DNA of 63,567 nucleotides, counting the filler, from Reticulomyxa filosa (Eukaryota > Protista > Foraminifera), in NCBI GenBank assembly GCA_000512085.1. It is 27 parts of 27 records of this genome, joined end to end, with 100 filler letters (N's around TTAATTAATTAA, not from the genome) between each part and the next. Parts side by side here need not be neighbours in the genome. Positions count along the whole stretch, not along the records: positions 36,842 to 39,676 come from ASPP01019516.1; positions 39,777 to 43,127 come from ASPP01002734.1; positions 43,228 to 44,753 come from ASPP01024259.1; positions 44,854 to 48,844 come from ASPP01010719.1; positions 48,945 to 51,016 come from ASPP01007057.1; 22 more parts are not named here. The stretch is one strand, 5' to 3'. The position numbers and the translations under genes were made by a program. Below, in pieces: positions 37,890-51,116 of this stretch (the first letter of the stretch is position 1; each line of letters begins with the position of its first letter). Below the pieces are notes generated by a model that did not search any database, had not been told where the DNA came from, and worked only from the letters and a program-made list of their open reading frames with translations.

Positions 37890-39676
37890 TTAAAGATCAA
37901 TATCATCTATTCGATTAACATAGAAAAAAGATAAATTTCTTTTTTTTTTCTAATAAATTCATTTCACATACCTGAGGCAGGGGCCGCCGCTTCACCATGG
38001 TCTTGCTCAGGCCCTTGTGGGTCATTTGTTTGTGGGGGTTCTTCATACAAAGGCTCAGATACAATTGCTTGTCTATTCGCAGCAAGGTGGGGGAGTGTTG
38101 GTTCTTGAATTTGGATAACCTCACCATTTCCATTTGAATTTGTTGCCACAGCAGGTACTCCTTCGACGTTGTAATTTGCTGTTCGTGACACTTGCATTTC
38201 TTCACCGAAGTGATTAAACAAATTACTAGACTGACCAGGTTCTGGTTCTTGGACGTGTGAAAAGTTATAATTTGCGTGCTGCATGTTTTCATACATATTG
38301 AAATCGCCTTCGTCCATATTTGTGTGAAATGATTCGTGGGCCGGTTCTTCTTGGACTTCGTTTAAAATTGGTTCGATATTGTTTTCTTTGAGCAATTGTA
38401 AATATTTTTGGAAAAATTTTCCTTTGTCTTCTACAGACTCAGTTACATTCGTAAACGAATTGCTGTTGTAATACGAGTGTTCTCGATTAGCGTAATTTTT
38501 CAACCATGAATCCCACCACTTCCAATCGTCACGCTTTTGCAACATAAAGTGACGATAAGTCGAGTTGCTACTCATCATTTCCACTAAGCAGCGAATACAA
38601 TTGTATGAAAAGGGTTGATATCGTGATCGGAATGCAGAAACACAAAATAAAATACCGCCTTCCCTTTTGTGCAAAAGATCCAATCGACGTTGTTGCAAGG
38701 AGTCATCTATACAAATAAATCGTTCCATCACTTGCAAATATGTGGTTACAGTATCAGTACCACTGCGATCAATACCATCGTTTATGATTCGAACGACTTC
38801 ATCACTAAATCCAACTTCTTCAAATGACCAATGGCATACAATCAGATTCAGTGCTTCAAGTGATTCTTTAGAAGAATGGGCTTGGTTTATCATTTTCAAA
38901 TACAGTTCTCGTGAATTAAGAAGTTGTTTGTCCTGTGGAGATAGCTCAAGCAGATCTTCTTTTTCGTCATCATTGATATATGGCAATGACGTTTTTGGGA
39001 GCTTTAATAATTCTTTTATCTCATTTTCATTTGTTGCATCCAGGCGCTTTGCCTTTTCGAGTCGTATTTGTGTTGCAAGCGTGTGACACGAGCAGGCAAG
39101 CAGCGATAATGTTTGTAACAATGAATCAAATTCAGAGGTATACATTCGAGAGCTCATTTCGGAATACATTTTAGTTGGCATATCCCTGGCATATGGTGAA
39201 CGATTACCAAGATAAAAGTTTCCAAATTTTTCGATTATTGTTTTTTCACGAGCAATGTCCGCTGATATGGGCCCATTTTGGCAAAATCACGGAAGGTGTT
39301 GAAGAAATGCCGAAAGTTGAACCAATAATTTGATGCATTACGAAGTAACAATGCCAAGCATCCAATCATTTGCGCAGAACATGTTACACTGACAACTTGT
39401 TGTACTTCTTTTTTTTGGATTCCAAATTTCAATTTTATGGTTCGGGTAATTAGTTCAGTTTTCAGTAAATCTTTTTCTTCAAATGGTTGGAGCACTCGAA
39501 ATGCGTTATTTAACAGTTCACTGAATCCAGACATTACTGCGTTGTCATTTGTTTTCAGCAAATACTCACTAACCAATCCAGGACGTCTGCTCAGCGAGGA
39601 CAAGAGCCATTTGCACGCAGGAACATTATCTGCAAGAACGACATGCATTTGAATTATTATACAACGTTTTACGTGC
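37890..39676 (-). CDS. C-terminal region of a large ubiquitin-specific protease (USP9/24/34 type, DUF3517-like); homopolymer frameshift near 39240
   Basis: ACKWLL..VSEYLL, FRHFFNTFRDFAKMG, FYLGNRSP, CHWSFE..FS..V, DDSLQQRRL, YNCIR, WKWWDSWL; a short last exon encodes DDIDL*. Confidence 0.7.
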
Positions 39677-39814
39677 NNNNNNNNNNNNNNNNNNNNNNNN
39701 NNNNNNNNNNNNNNNNNNNNTTAATTAATTAANNNNNNNNNNNNNNNNNNNNNNNNNNNNNNNNNNNNNNNNNNNNTGTATGTATGTATGTGTGTAAACA
39801 AAAGAGAAACCACA

Positions 39815-42466
39815 AAACGCCGAGCCCAAAAAAAAGGCATTATGGGACTCAGACGATGAGCAAACCACCACTGCTGCGGCAGCAGCAGCAGCAGCAGCAA
39901 CAACAGCAGCAGTAGCAGAAGCAACAGCACCAACTGAAGCTTCATCAAAAGCTCCATCAAAAGCAGAAGCAAAGGAAGACAAGACCAAAGAATCGATATT
40001 TGACAAAGACGAACCCGAAATTCCAGAGATTCCGGACGTGGCAGAGCCGGTGGTTCGAGAAGTCCCTGTTGACGATTTGGCCATCGAAGAGACGGACGCA
40101 GGTGAAACCGCCGGAGAAGAGCCCAGCAACAAAAAAAGTCAATCGAAAATTGACCCGACGACATTGATGCCTTCCAAACAACCAATGACCATTTCCCAAA
40201 TCAAAAAGATGCGCTCTGAAAGCGAAAGCAGTCAGGCCTTAAATAACGAAGACAATCACGGCGTTTCAAACAAAAGTGAGGATGTACCACCACCGAGTGA
40301 TGAGAAGCTCCACCAAGAAAGCGATCCTCTGGCCGCAACGACCGCTTCGTCTGCCAGTGCACCCGCAAAGCCACAGCTCACTGGCAAATTGGGCGAAAAA
40401 TTTGGACATTTGGCATTCAATCCGCTCGCATTGAAACCAGACGCCAAAGTTGTCATCAAGCGTCCACAAAACAGCGGAGAGATCAGCAACAGTATGCTTT
40501 TGGACAGACCGACGCAACAAAGCACGCAAAAAAAAAGAAGGGCGAGAAACAGAAATAAAATGAACTTTGACGGCGATGACGATACTAATAATAACAACAA
40601 CAATGAAGGCGATGAAAATGAGGTTGAACCTACCTTTGCCGCTGCCGCTGAACAAAAGAAAGAGTCAGAGATCAAAGATGAACAAGTTTTGATATGACCC
40701 TTTCTTTTGTGTGTCTTTTTTAAATTTTACAAAAATGTGACATTATTTTTATCGCAAATGAGATATCTATGTGATCTTGTAGGATAAAGATGATGCTACT
40801 CCTCCGCCTGTCGCTCAAAAAGGTCTGCTTGTTTATTTGTTTGTTTGTTTTTTCCCTTCCTTCCTCCTCTCTCCTCTGTTTGTAGTCGAAGAAAGAAAGA
40901 AAGGGAAAAAAATAAAAATAAAAATAAACAAAACAAGATGAAATAATGATACTCTTTTTTTTTTTTTTTGATGGGATAAAAAACAGTGCAACCCACCAAA
41001 CCTGCGTCGAAGAATCCCTTATTTGACTCCGACGATGACGAAATTGCGGAAACAATAGCAAAATCGAAAGCGCTGACTCAAAACGTCTCAGGAAAAGCTT
41101 TGTTCGAAAGTGATGAAGAAGAAAAAGAGGACAAATTGCCATTGAAAAAAAAAGCAGAGTCACCAAAGCCAGTGGACAAACCACAGGAGGAGCCCGAAGA
41201 GAAAGTATTAGAACCTGAGCCTGAGCATGAGCCTGAGCCTGAGCCTGCAATACAGAAACGAGAAGACGATCCTCTCTTGCAACAACCAGAAGTAGTGACA
41301 CACCCTACAGAGAAAGAGAAAGAGAAAGAGAAAGAGGAAGAGGTACAGGCCACAATTGCCTCTGTCGAAAATATTCTTTCATCCGAAAAAATCGCAGATG
41401 ACGCCTTGGAGCCAACCAAGCAGTTGGACACGGTCGAACATGTAAAGCCATTGAAAGACGACGAAGAGCAACCGAAAGAGCCAAAGGAAAGCGAAAAAGA
41501 ACAAGCACGTCCGGAAGCGTCTTCCAAGCCATTGATGAAAGGCAAGTTGGGAGAGAAATTTGGCCATTTGGCATTCAACCCACTCGCATTGAGGCCAGAT
41601 GCAAAGGCCCCAATCAAACGTCCACAAAACAGTGGGGAGCTCAGCAGCACCATGATTTTGGACCGACCGACCCAGCAATCCAATCAAAAAAAGAAAAGAG
41701 CGAAAAACAGAAATAAGGTCAATTTCGATAACGATGAAGAAGAAAAAGAAAAAGCAAAGGAAGAAGAAGAAGAGGAGGAGGAAGAAGAAGAAGAAGCCGA
41801 ACATGTTTCCCATGTGAATGTAAATCCTGTCGAACATCGATTGAATATATTTGATGATGCTGAAAGTGACTGGGCTATTGTCGCGCCTGCAAAAATTGTA
41901 CGTAGAGTTGTTGTATTTTATCTGTGTAAAAAAAAAAATAATTGTTATATCAATATATTTCTGATCTTTGTGTTGTTGAATAAATCACTTAGAAAAATCC
42001 TCTTGAGGCAGAAGATGATTCTGACACTATTAAGGATTATGTTGATGGTGGTGTGGTCGCAGCTTCAGCGAAAGATAAAAAAAGTGAGAATAAACTAGAT
42101 GATGTGGTCGAAGCAGATGAGACCACTGAGAAAAAAGAAACGAAACCGGCTCCTGCTGCTGCCACTGATACTGCGGTTGGAAGTGAAACTGAGAAAAAAG
42201 AAAAAGAACCAGAGACCACTGAGACGCAGATTAACAAAAAACCTGCAGCTTTGGACAGTGATCAAGAAGATAACATTGCTCAACAGTCAAGTGACGCGGA
42301 CGTAGATAAAAAGAAAGGACCAACTGCTACTAAAGATTTGTTTAAGGACGAAGACGACGACGATGACTTCAAACCAATTCAAAAAAAAGAATCTATTAAA
42401 AAAACTAAAACATTGTTTGACGATGATGATGATGATGACTTCCCAACTTCCACCAAAAAAACATAA
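39815..42466 (+). CDS. FAM21/WASHC2-like acidic disordered tail with LF-acidic motifs and a duplicated CapZIP/CPI-like module, multi-exon
   Basis: LWDSDDE, IFDKDE, LFDSDDDE, LFESDEEE, IFDDAESD, LFKDEDDDDDF, LFDDDDDDDF, plus two copies of GKLGEKFGHLAFNPLALxPDAK..IKRPQNSGE..LDRPTQQS.QKK.RA. Confidence 0.6.
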
Positions 42467-43378
42467 TAAAAAGAAAATGTCTGACCTTGACACAATGTTT
42501 GGTTAGACATTCTTCTTTTTTCCCCTGGTTTAAATTGGAGATATTGTGTGATTTTTTTTTCCTTCATGTTTGAAAAGGATTAAATGAAATTGAAATAATT
42601 AAGTATTTTTTAATGTGAATTCTGAAACAAGGCGATCCAATTCAACTGTGCTATCAATCAACTTAAATTATTATTGCTCAGACAATGTTCATGATTCAAG
42701 TTTTAATATTTGAGTTCCTTGTCATTAGACAACAAGAACTTTTTTAAAATTTTATGTAAACCCTTGTATTCAACATAATTTTTTTTTTATCTTATTCGAA
42801 TGGTGGGTGACTTTTATCACCTTTATCCAAAAAAAATGTCACTATTTTTCAAGTAAGAAATTTAATAATAAGTCCACTATTTAAATTTTATAGTGAAGCT
42901 ATTTTTGTTATTTTATTGTGTTTGCTTTAATTATTTATTTTCTTCGACACATAATGAAAGCTGAAGAAAAAGTCAAACCAAAAATAAAATGTACAATAAC
43001 ATCACAGATTAAGGCTATGTCTTATTCTCACCATTCATTTTTAAAATATACAGTAGATTGCAAAAAAACTGCAATACCTAAACGGCACTATATGAAGAGA
43101 ATCGATTTTCTCAATGAAAAATAAAGANNNNNNNNNNNNNNNNNNNNNNNNNNNNNNNNNNNNNNNNNNNNTTAATTAATTAANNNNNNNNNNNNNNNNN
43201 NNNNNNNNNNNNNNNNNNNNNNNNNNNTTTTTTTTTTGGATGCAAAAATCGAGTAAGTGTGATATGTAAAAACAGTAAGCAAAGAAACTATTATTGTTAT
43301 ATTAGAGACAAAATGTTCTATTTTATTGCGCATATGGAATATAACAAAATAAAAATATGAAAAAAAGCAACAAAATGG

Positions 43379-44700
43379 TTGGATGAGCATGTATCTCTGG
43401 AAGCAATTAAACGAATGATAAATGAAGGCAATGAAGAAGAAAGTACCATTTTTCATGCAGAGGCTGCAACTGGACAATATGAATTGTTGCAATGGATATT
43501 CGACAAATGCCCCGAGCTAAATGTAGATCAGGCAAATCATTATGATTATACTGCATTACATAAAGCAGCTCGCAATGGCCAAAGAGAAGCAATTTCATGG
43601 CTTTTGGAATATCGAGTAGATATCTCTTTGATTACTGCTAATGGTGATCGTGCTGAATATGAAGCATTAAAATGTGCACACACTGAATTAATATCTTATT
43701 TACAACCTCCAATTGATTGATCTGTGAATTTTAATTCAAATTTCATTGCAGGCAATGTATGATCGTGTCCAAGCCATTCGATTATCTCATCCAAAACAGA
43801 AGTTATTTGGACATGAAGCATTGAAGTATTATTCAGATCAGTTATCAATGTGTCGTTTAGAATATGAGACAATCCTGTGCAATCCATTACTCAACTTGCA
43901 ATTGCATGTCTATTGGCACTTGGTGATCTAATGTTAGCATATATAATTTGGATGAATCAAGAGGAAGTGAAAGAGCCACTCTATCGCCAAGCCATGGGCT
44001 ATGCATCAGCAGCTTGCACAATGGCAACAAAACATGTTATTTTGCCCAATAGTTTGTTATGGCAAGTCAACAAATACGAATTTTGGCACAAATATTACCA
44101 AATTCAATAGCAATTTCATTTGAATTGTATAATAATTTGTGGAATAAATATCTAATTCAGTTATGTCAACTATGTGCAAATAAAAATACAAAAAGAATGA
44201 CAAGAGAATTGTGTGAAATATTGAAAATGATTTGGGAATTTGTTTTGAATCGACTGCCCCCATCTCTTTGCGAATATGCATTATTAGCTTTGAGATCATT
44301 AGGACGTAAAGAAGCATCACCTTATTCAGATATGGAGTGTGCTTGTTTGATCGCAGAAGATACTCCTGAAATACGTAAATACTTTGCAAATGTAAGTTCA
44401 ATGTTTGAAATTGTATTGATTGGAATGGGATAGACACTTGAAGAATTGTTAAGTTTATTTGCCAATTACAATGACATGCCACAAACTATTCGGAGTGGAT
44501 TGCATGCAGATCATTTCTATATGCCACATCGCAATCCAGATGTATTGATTCACACTCCAGTAAACTTGGTTGACATTCAGAGAAGTAGCATCTGGCAGCT
44601 GCTAGATCGACAAATTGTAACAGTTGGTTGAGCCTAATTCACACAAGCGATAGCTGGATATGCTCGGATGATGATCGAACAATCATAAAAACAAGTTCAT
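43379..44700 (+). pseudogene. Ankyrin repeats plus DUF294-like (Pol-beta superfamily) nucleotidyltransferase, disrupted
   Basis: Ankyrins IFHAEAATGQYELLQWI and YTALHKAARNGQREAISWLL, then LPPSLCEYALLALRSLGRKEASPYSDMECACLI..YF..IGMG*T. Several stops and frameshifts. Confidence 0.7.
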
Positions 44701-44879
44701 TGAGTCTTGCTTGATATTATCTTGAAGTTGTTTTCGTAATTGTCGTAAAAACGNNNNNNNNNNNNNNNNNNNNNNNNNNNNNNNNNNNNNNNNNNNNTTA
44801 ATTAATTAANNNNNNNNNNNNNNNNNNNNNNNNNNNNNNNNNNNNNNNNNNNNAAAAAAAAAAAAACTGGTTTTTTTTG

Positions 44880-45563
44880 ATGCGAAAGAAAAAACGGGAA
44901 CTCGGTTGCAGTGAGGGCAAATTAATGCTCGATCGGTATGCACTTTTTTGTGGGTGGACAAATTACTTTGATGTTTGTATTTTTTATGACACACATCACA
45001 TTCAAATGTCAGATTGGCATTTTCCTTTTGTTTGTTGCAATTCAATAATGTCCTCGTTTGACGGTTAGCCTTTTTGCACGAACTTGCGATCTTGTTATCT
45101 TTGACTTCTTGTGTGTGATGTCCCAACGAACTCATCATGGATAAAGACGTAATCGGTGAAGAGGCAGACGCAGACATAGACGTAGATGCAGAAGTAGCAG
45201 TAGCAGTAGTAGTAGTAGTTGTTGTTGTTGTAGCGGCAGGTGTTGATATCGACATCGACGTGAGACTGTCGGACATCATCGATAGCTGCGGTATGGACAT
45301 TGGTCTGGACATTGACATTGGCATCGACATTGACATTGACATTGGCATGGGCATGGGCACGGGCATTTGCATTTGCATCTGCATCGACATGGGGATCGAC
45401 ATCGGCATCGAAACCGGAATCGACATGGGAATTTGGTTGATCGGAATCGGTATTGACATTGACATGGGCCTGGTTTTCAATTCGAAGGCTTTTTGCCAAT
45501 TCAGGTCAAAATGAGGAAGTGGTGGAAATTCAGATTTTTCTAGTTTGTTATTACCATTGATTA

Positions 45564-45609
<46 letters not shown>

Positions 45610-46356
45610 ATGACGAATCGATTCCACGTGCTGGTTTGCCATTCTGAAATCATCACATCCAATTGTCTGTTGTGTGGTATCAATCAAATTACATCCTTCA
45701 ACAGGCAACGATTGAAAGGACATACAATTACAATTGGAAACGTGGATGACACTTGCCTCTTCTTTTGTACTTGCTTTGCGCACGAAGTTGTCATTGCCAG
45801 GACCGCCATTGTTCTTCAACGAATTACCACCACCACCACTGCTCATCATGTCGCCACTCATCGTGTCAGTATGGCTTCCAGACCAAAGCTTGCTATCACT
45901 ACTGCCGTTGTTATTATTATTATTATTGTTGCTGTTGCTGTTGCTGTGTACATTCAACACACTGTTTTGGACACGGCAAGGATATGCCTCGCACGCCGGA
46001 GGATGTGAATGTGTCACATCCCAACTATGTCCACTGCTGCCATTATTGCTACTACTGCTCCAGTTCGGATGGTATACATTTTGTGACATGTTGCACAATG
46101 TCGGATTACTCTTATGTCCGCTTTTGCTTACCATGTCTCCATGACAATCGTAACTCTCGCTTGGCCTTGTGTGCACAAAATTCTCACTGTTGCCTTGGTT
46201 GTTCCACGCCGCTGCGTGTCCTTCCAACAACTGGTCTACACTGTCGTATGAACACTGCTGCACTAGTTCGCTCACACAACAGTTGCAAACCGTTTTGTCA
46301 AAAGGATTTTTCGATCTGTTCAATATACCACACATCGGAGGCCAGACTCTATCCAT
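44880..46356 (-). CDS. C2H2 zinc-finger protein with Asn-, Met/Pro/Ser- and Thr-rich low-complexity regions, partial
   Basis: FECDVCHKKYKHQSNLSTHKKVHTDRALICPHCNR at the end of a long ORF. Confidence 0.88.
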
Positions 46357-47877
46357 TCTTTCTGTCTCCCGCTATGAAAATTCTGGTCAAAAACCTCCAG
46401 AACCTTAACAAGAACTTCTCACTACGCCGTGCCTTTTTCCCCTTCCTTGCAAACACACGCACAAAAAAAAAAAACCTTTACTTCACTAGTCATGGTCACA
46501 CAATGATTTTTTTTGTTTTTTTTTAATTGAGACTACTAATTCCTTATGTTAGAGTGAAAGTGCAAATTATCGTGCTTGTTTTTAAAAAGAATCTGCAAAA
46601 CAGGCTTTAGTGCTACTATTCATTCAGTGAAATAATCTTAAAACTTGTGCTATTCTTATGAGATTATCGTTGAACTCACTTTCTTGCTTCAGTTTACACG
46701 AAGGTAATATTTCTTGAATATTCAGTGATAGTATACAATCCCATTATTTAATTGCTTTGCATTTATGTTATTACATTAACTTTTTCATTGAGCATGCTTT
46801 TTAAAGAAATCAAACAAAAAAAGTATTACAGTTAGCATATAAATCTTATTTACTTACTAAGAAAAACATAAAAATTAAATTTATCAGGTATGAAAGTAAA
46901 ATTATGGTAATGAAATTGGCTCATTCATCGTGCATGCGTACTGATCCACCAATTGACTAATGTACATTAATGACAATGAAGATAATAATTGCTAAAGATA
47001 TCAATTTTCTACATGAAAAATAGAAAGATCAATACTTCAGCACATTTTCTTTTTTTTAAACAGAATTTCACTAACGATTATATCAAGTTTGTTCTATCTT
47101 TTCCACATGATTTTATCACTTTAAATTTGTTTTTCGTTTTTATTTTTAAAATTAGTAGTTATTTTGTACATTTAGTGTATCACTTCACATCTCGCTCTAA
47201 TGATAATTAACAAAGTTGCAATCTTTTTTTTTATTTTTTTAATGTTCGCTTTTTAATTGTAAATATTTAAACAGAAACTTTATTGTTATTTTATGCATTT
47301 TTGTGATTTTTGCTTCACTTCTTTTAGTTTTGATATTTTTTTGGAAATTATGTTTTGGCCTAGATTTTACTTTGGACCGCAATTATTTTATTCGTAATTT
47401 GTTTGTGATTTTAATTTTTTCTTTGTTGTTTTGAACAACATCTACCAAAATTAATTTTTTTGTCCAAGCATTTTAAGTAAACTGTTGCCCCTTTTAACAA
47501 GTATTGATAACAAAAAGCCATAATGTAATGCTATTGGGACTTTATGCAGCGTAAAGAGTATTGAATTTTTTTTTTTGTAGAACACATTGCGATGTATTGT
47601 TTTTTTAGCTCAGTTAATCTTTTCAGTTTGATAGTACGACATTTCTCTTCAAGACGAGAAAAACCAAAGAAAAATTAGACAAGCGCCAAACCAAAGACAG
47701 ATAAACTCAATTGTCAAGGGAGCAGCAACAATAACTAGCAATAACAACGACAACAACCACAGCCACAGCAAACATTATTAAACTTTTGTGAGGAAAAAAA
47801 GTAATGTTTTTTTTTTTTTTTTTTTTTTTAAAAAAAATGGTATTGTAGTGATTATAAATCGATTACAGCATTGGTTT

Positions 47878-48814
47878 TTATGTTTTTTGTTTTTTTGACT
47901 CTTCAATTTTTGCAAACTCTTCCATCAATTGTTTTTGCGTTTCAGTTAAATTTTTGGGAATAATGACATTAAAGTGCAAGTATTGGTGTCCAGTTCTAAA
48001 GGTGCCATGTTCAGTGATGCCCTTCGAGCGCATCACTTCTTTGTGGTCGTGTTGTGTTCCGGATTTCACACGGACCTCTGCTTCTCCAGTCAGCGTAGGT
48101 ACAGTGACAGTCCCCCCAAGCATTGCAATATGTATGGGCACATCCACTGCGACATGAATGTCACTGCCATGTCGTTCAAATTTCGGATGCGACGCAACCT
48201 TTTTTTTTTTAAGCATTATGCACATATATACACATAAATAAATGAATAAATATACATATATATGTATATAATCTCTCTTCGTTTTTCAAGCCTTATTTGA
48301 TGTGAAATAAAACCTAACTCTGCACAACACATAAGCATGCCCGCGCGGACCTTTGTTTTGAGCGGCATGCCCTTGATGCGGCAAGGAAATTCGAGTGCCG
48401 TCGTCGACGCCAGGGGGGATGTTGACATCCATTTTGAAGTTGGAAGGGATGATCCCGTGGCCATGGCACTTGCGACAGGGATCAAAGATTTGGCCTGAGC
48501 CGCCGCAATCCCAACAAGTTTGTTGCATCACCATGAAGGCTTGTCTGTGTTGAATCTGGCAAACAAAAGCTTTTTATAATAATGATAATGACAATAATAA
48601 ATAAATAAATAAATAAAACACAAAAGGATAAAAAGAAGAATAAAACAATTAATTATACACCATCCCAGTTCCATTGCACGATTTGCAATGTTTCTTTTTG
48701 GATCCTGGTTCCACTCCGGTGGAACTGCAAGCAGTGCATTCATCGTAGCGCTGCAAATTGATTTCTTTTTTGATCCCATGTACTGCTTCCATAAATGAAA
48801 GAGACACTTCTACC
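47878..48814 (-). CDS. Type I DnaJ/Hsp40 (zinc-finger and C-terminal domains), multi-exon 3' part
   Basis: CSSTG, CKSCNGTG, CWDCGGSG, CRKCHGHG, VNIPPGVDDG, HPKFERHGSDIH, AMLGGTVTVPTLTG, P.NLTETQKQLMEEF. Confidence 0.92.
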
Positions 48815-49033
48815 TGCCATTTTTTTTTTATTAAAAAAAAAAAANNNNNNNNNNNNNNNNNNNNNNNNNNNNNNNNNNNNNNNNNNNNTTAATTAATTAA
48901 NNNNNNNNNNNNNNNNNNNNNNNNNNNNNNNNNNNNNNNNNNNNAAAAAAAAAAAAAGTAGAGGAGCAACGATCTGTTGGTTTGTTTTTTGTGCTCTCTT
49001 TCACTTTTTTTTCTTCTTCTTTCTCCAAGGAAC

Positions 49034-49333
49034 TTGAATGGTGTCTACAGAAAGTCGCCTTTGATGGCTGATCAGCTCTGACGGATCGATGTGAGAATCA
49101 AAAGGTATTTTATATTCCCTCAATTGATTTTCAATGTCTTTGATCCTTCTTTCAATCTCTTGAATGCGGACAAGGTCCTTCGTGTGAGGCTTGTGAAAAG
49201 GTTGTAAGTCTTCATCCAAATCGATAAATTGAATGCAAGCCTCACGCCCGACAAAGTCCACAAATTCTTCTGCAACAGCTGCTGGCAGCATTACCTGGAT
49301 ATACGACATGTCCAACGAACGAAAGCTGGTCAT
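49034..49333 (-). CDS. V-type ATPase V0 subunit a, first exon
   Basis: MTSFRSLDMSYIQVML...IQFIDLDEDLQPFHKPHTKDLVRIQEIERRI matches the FRSEEM...QFxDLN...FQR N-terminus. Confidence 0.85.
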
Positions 49334-49689
49334 CTTTGTTTTATGTTTTGCTTTTCTCAAAGGATAGCATGAAAGGAGAGGAGAAAAAAAAAACGTTTTT
49401 TTTTGGTGCAAGAAATTTTGTAATGTAAACAGTTTTGAATTTTCGAAAAGGCACAAAAAGAGAGAGAGAGCAGGAATTTTTAAAAAAGTTAGTAAAAAGG
49501 AAATTTTTACTTCATTTACGAAAAAGTGTTTGCATCTAGTTTTGAAAGTGATTTCATTATTATTATTATTAAAATTGTGCCCTCAGGAACAACAAAAATT
49601 ACGGAAGAGAGGGAGAAAAAGAGAAAAGAGAAGAGGAGAGAGAGAGGGAGAGAGAGAGAAAAGTACTAGAGAGGAGGAGATGGTGAGGA

Positions 49690-51016
49690 TCAATTGGATC
49701 CAAACAAAAAGTCGGACAAAAAAATAGGTTTCATAATTTTGGTATCACCAGTTTCAGTAATGACATGTCTGAGATGCACTTCTTCTTGTGTTCCATCCTT
49801 GCACAACACATGTAAAAGAAAAAAGAATTTTTTTTTTTTTTTTGGGGGGGGGGGGGGAGAGGGAGAGAGAGGGAGGGAGGGTTTGAATATACACATATAT
49901 AAACATTAAAAGATATGCACAAACTTTGTTGAGATGCTTATAGAAGCATGACGTGCCAAATGGACACTCTCCTCTGTTTTGAAAGTGTTTGCAAGGGATT
50001 TGTGCTAAGGACTGTTTGTACTTTTGAATGAGCTGTTGTTTGCGCGTGGGATCGGAGATGAGGCGATCGGAAGGGATAATAAAGTAGGATATTTCACGGC
50101 AAATGGGACACCCACGAATGGCCTCTTTACTTTGGGAGATACTGCCACGCCATTCGCGTAAGCAGTTCAAGCAAAAGGTATGATTGCACCCAGTCAAAAT
50201 GCCAAATCTGCCGGCATTATCTTTGTGTCCTTGACTCTCGTATTTGCGCGCGATATTTTCATGACAAATACCGCACACGGCGTCCATCGACTCGCGACGT
50301 TCTTTGTGAATGCAGTCGAGTTCTTTGCATTGCTGTGGCTGCAACATGTGCCATTGTTGCGCGGCGATCGAGTGTCCAATGACGCGCTGACAGTGCGGGC
50401 ACGTATCCGTATTTTCGTCAAAGCAATGCCAGAGCATGCACGCTTGTCCATACTTGCAAGCACCCGACACAAAGAACGGACACACTTTGATGCGAGTGAC
50501 TTTGGTTATGTTGCGATTGGTGGTGGGCACTGTCGTCGTCGTCGTCGTCGTCGGCATTGCGATATTGCGATGGCCCTGCTTTGGACCAGCAATTTCAGAA
50601 TATGATTTCTTTTGCACTTTATTTATACTCGTATGAGAGCCATCGATATGGTCGTGTCCATTATTTGACCATTGTTGTGGTTGTGGTTCGTTCTTATGCT
50701 TCTCTTCATCTTGCTCTTGTCTCTCTCTTCGATACTCCTTCAGCAATTGCGCATGCAACTCGTTTTCAAAACATGCCATTTCTTCTTCTTCTTCTTCTTC
50801 TTCTTCTTCCATATCTCCTATGTCTCCTATGTCTCTTATGTCTCATTGTCGCCATACAGCTCCCTCTTCGACACTACCACTTCCTCGCCATTGTCCAGCT
50901 CAAACACTTCGTGCTCTGACTCGTCCAAATCTGGCCCGTGATCGACCATCCCGGTTTCAAACCCCGGGTAATATCCCATTCCCATTTCCATTCCCATTCC
51001 CATTCCCATTCCCATT
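49690..51016 (-). CDS. MKRN: Makorin-like E3 ligase (CCCH - RING - CCCH), 3' part
   Basis: CPFFVSGACKYGQACMLWH, CGICHE..RFGILTGCNHTFCLNCLREWR..CPICR..SYFIIPS, IPCKHF..GECPFGTSCFYKH; last exon DGTQEE..LSDFL. Confidence 0.93.
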
Positions 51017-51116
51017 NNNNNNNNNNNNNNNNNNNNNNNNNNNNNNNNNNNNNNNNNNNNTTAATTAATTAANNNNNNNNNNNNNNNNNNNNNNNNNNNN
51101 NNNNNNNNNNNNNNNN

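Noticed and set aside
39230-39250. Programmed frameshifting or a non-standard code in the USP-like, Nudix-like and Kelch genes
   Set aside because: Most breaks fall in homopolymer runs, typical of sequencing error or decay; intact genes end in ordinary TAA or TGA.
50976-51016. (CCCATT)n at a contig end as a telomere
   Set aside because: It is in frame with the makorin ORF on the minus strand (Asn-Gly repeat), short and imperfect.
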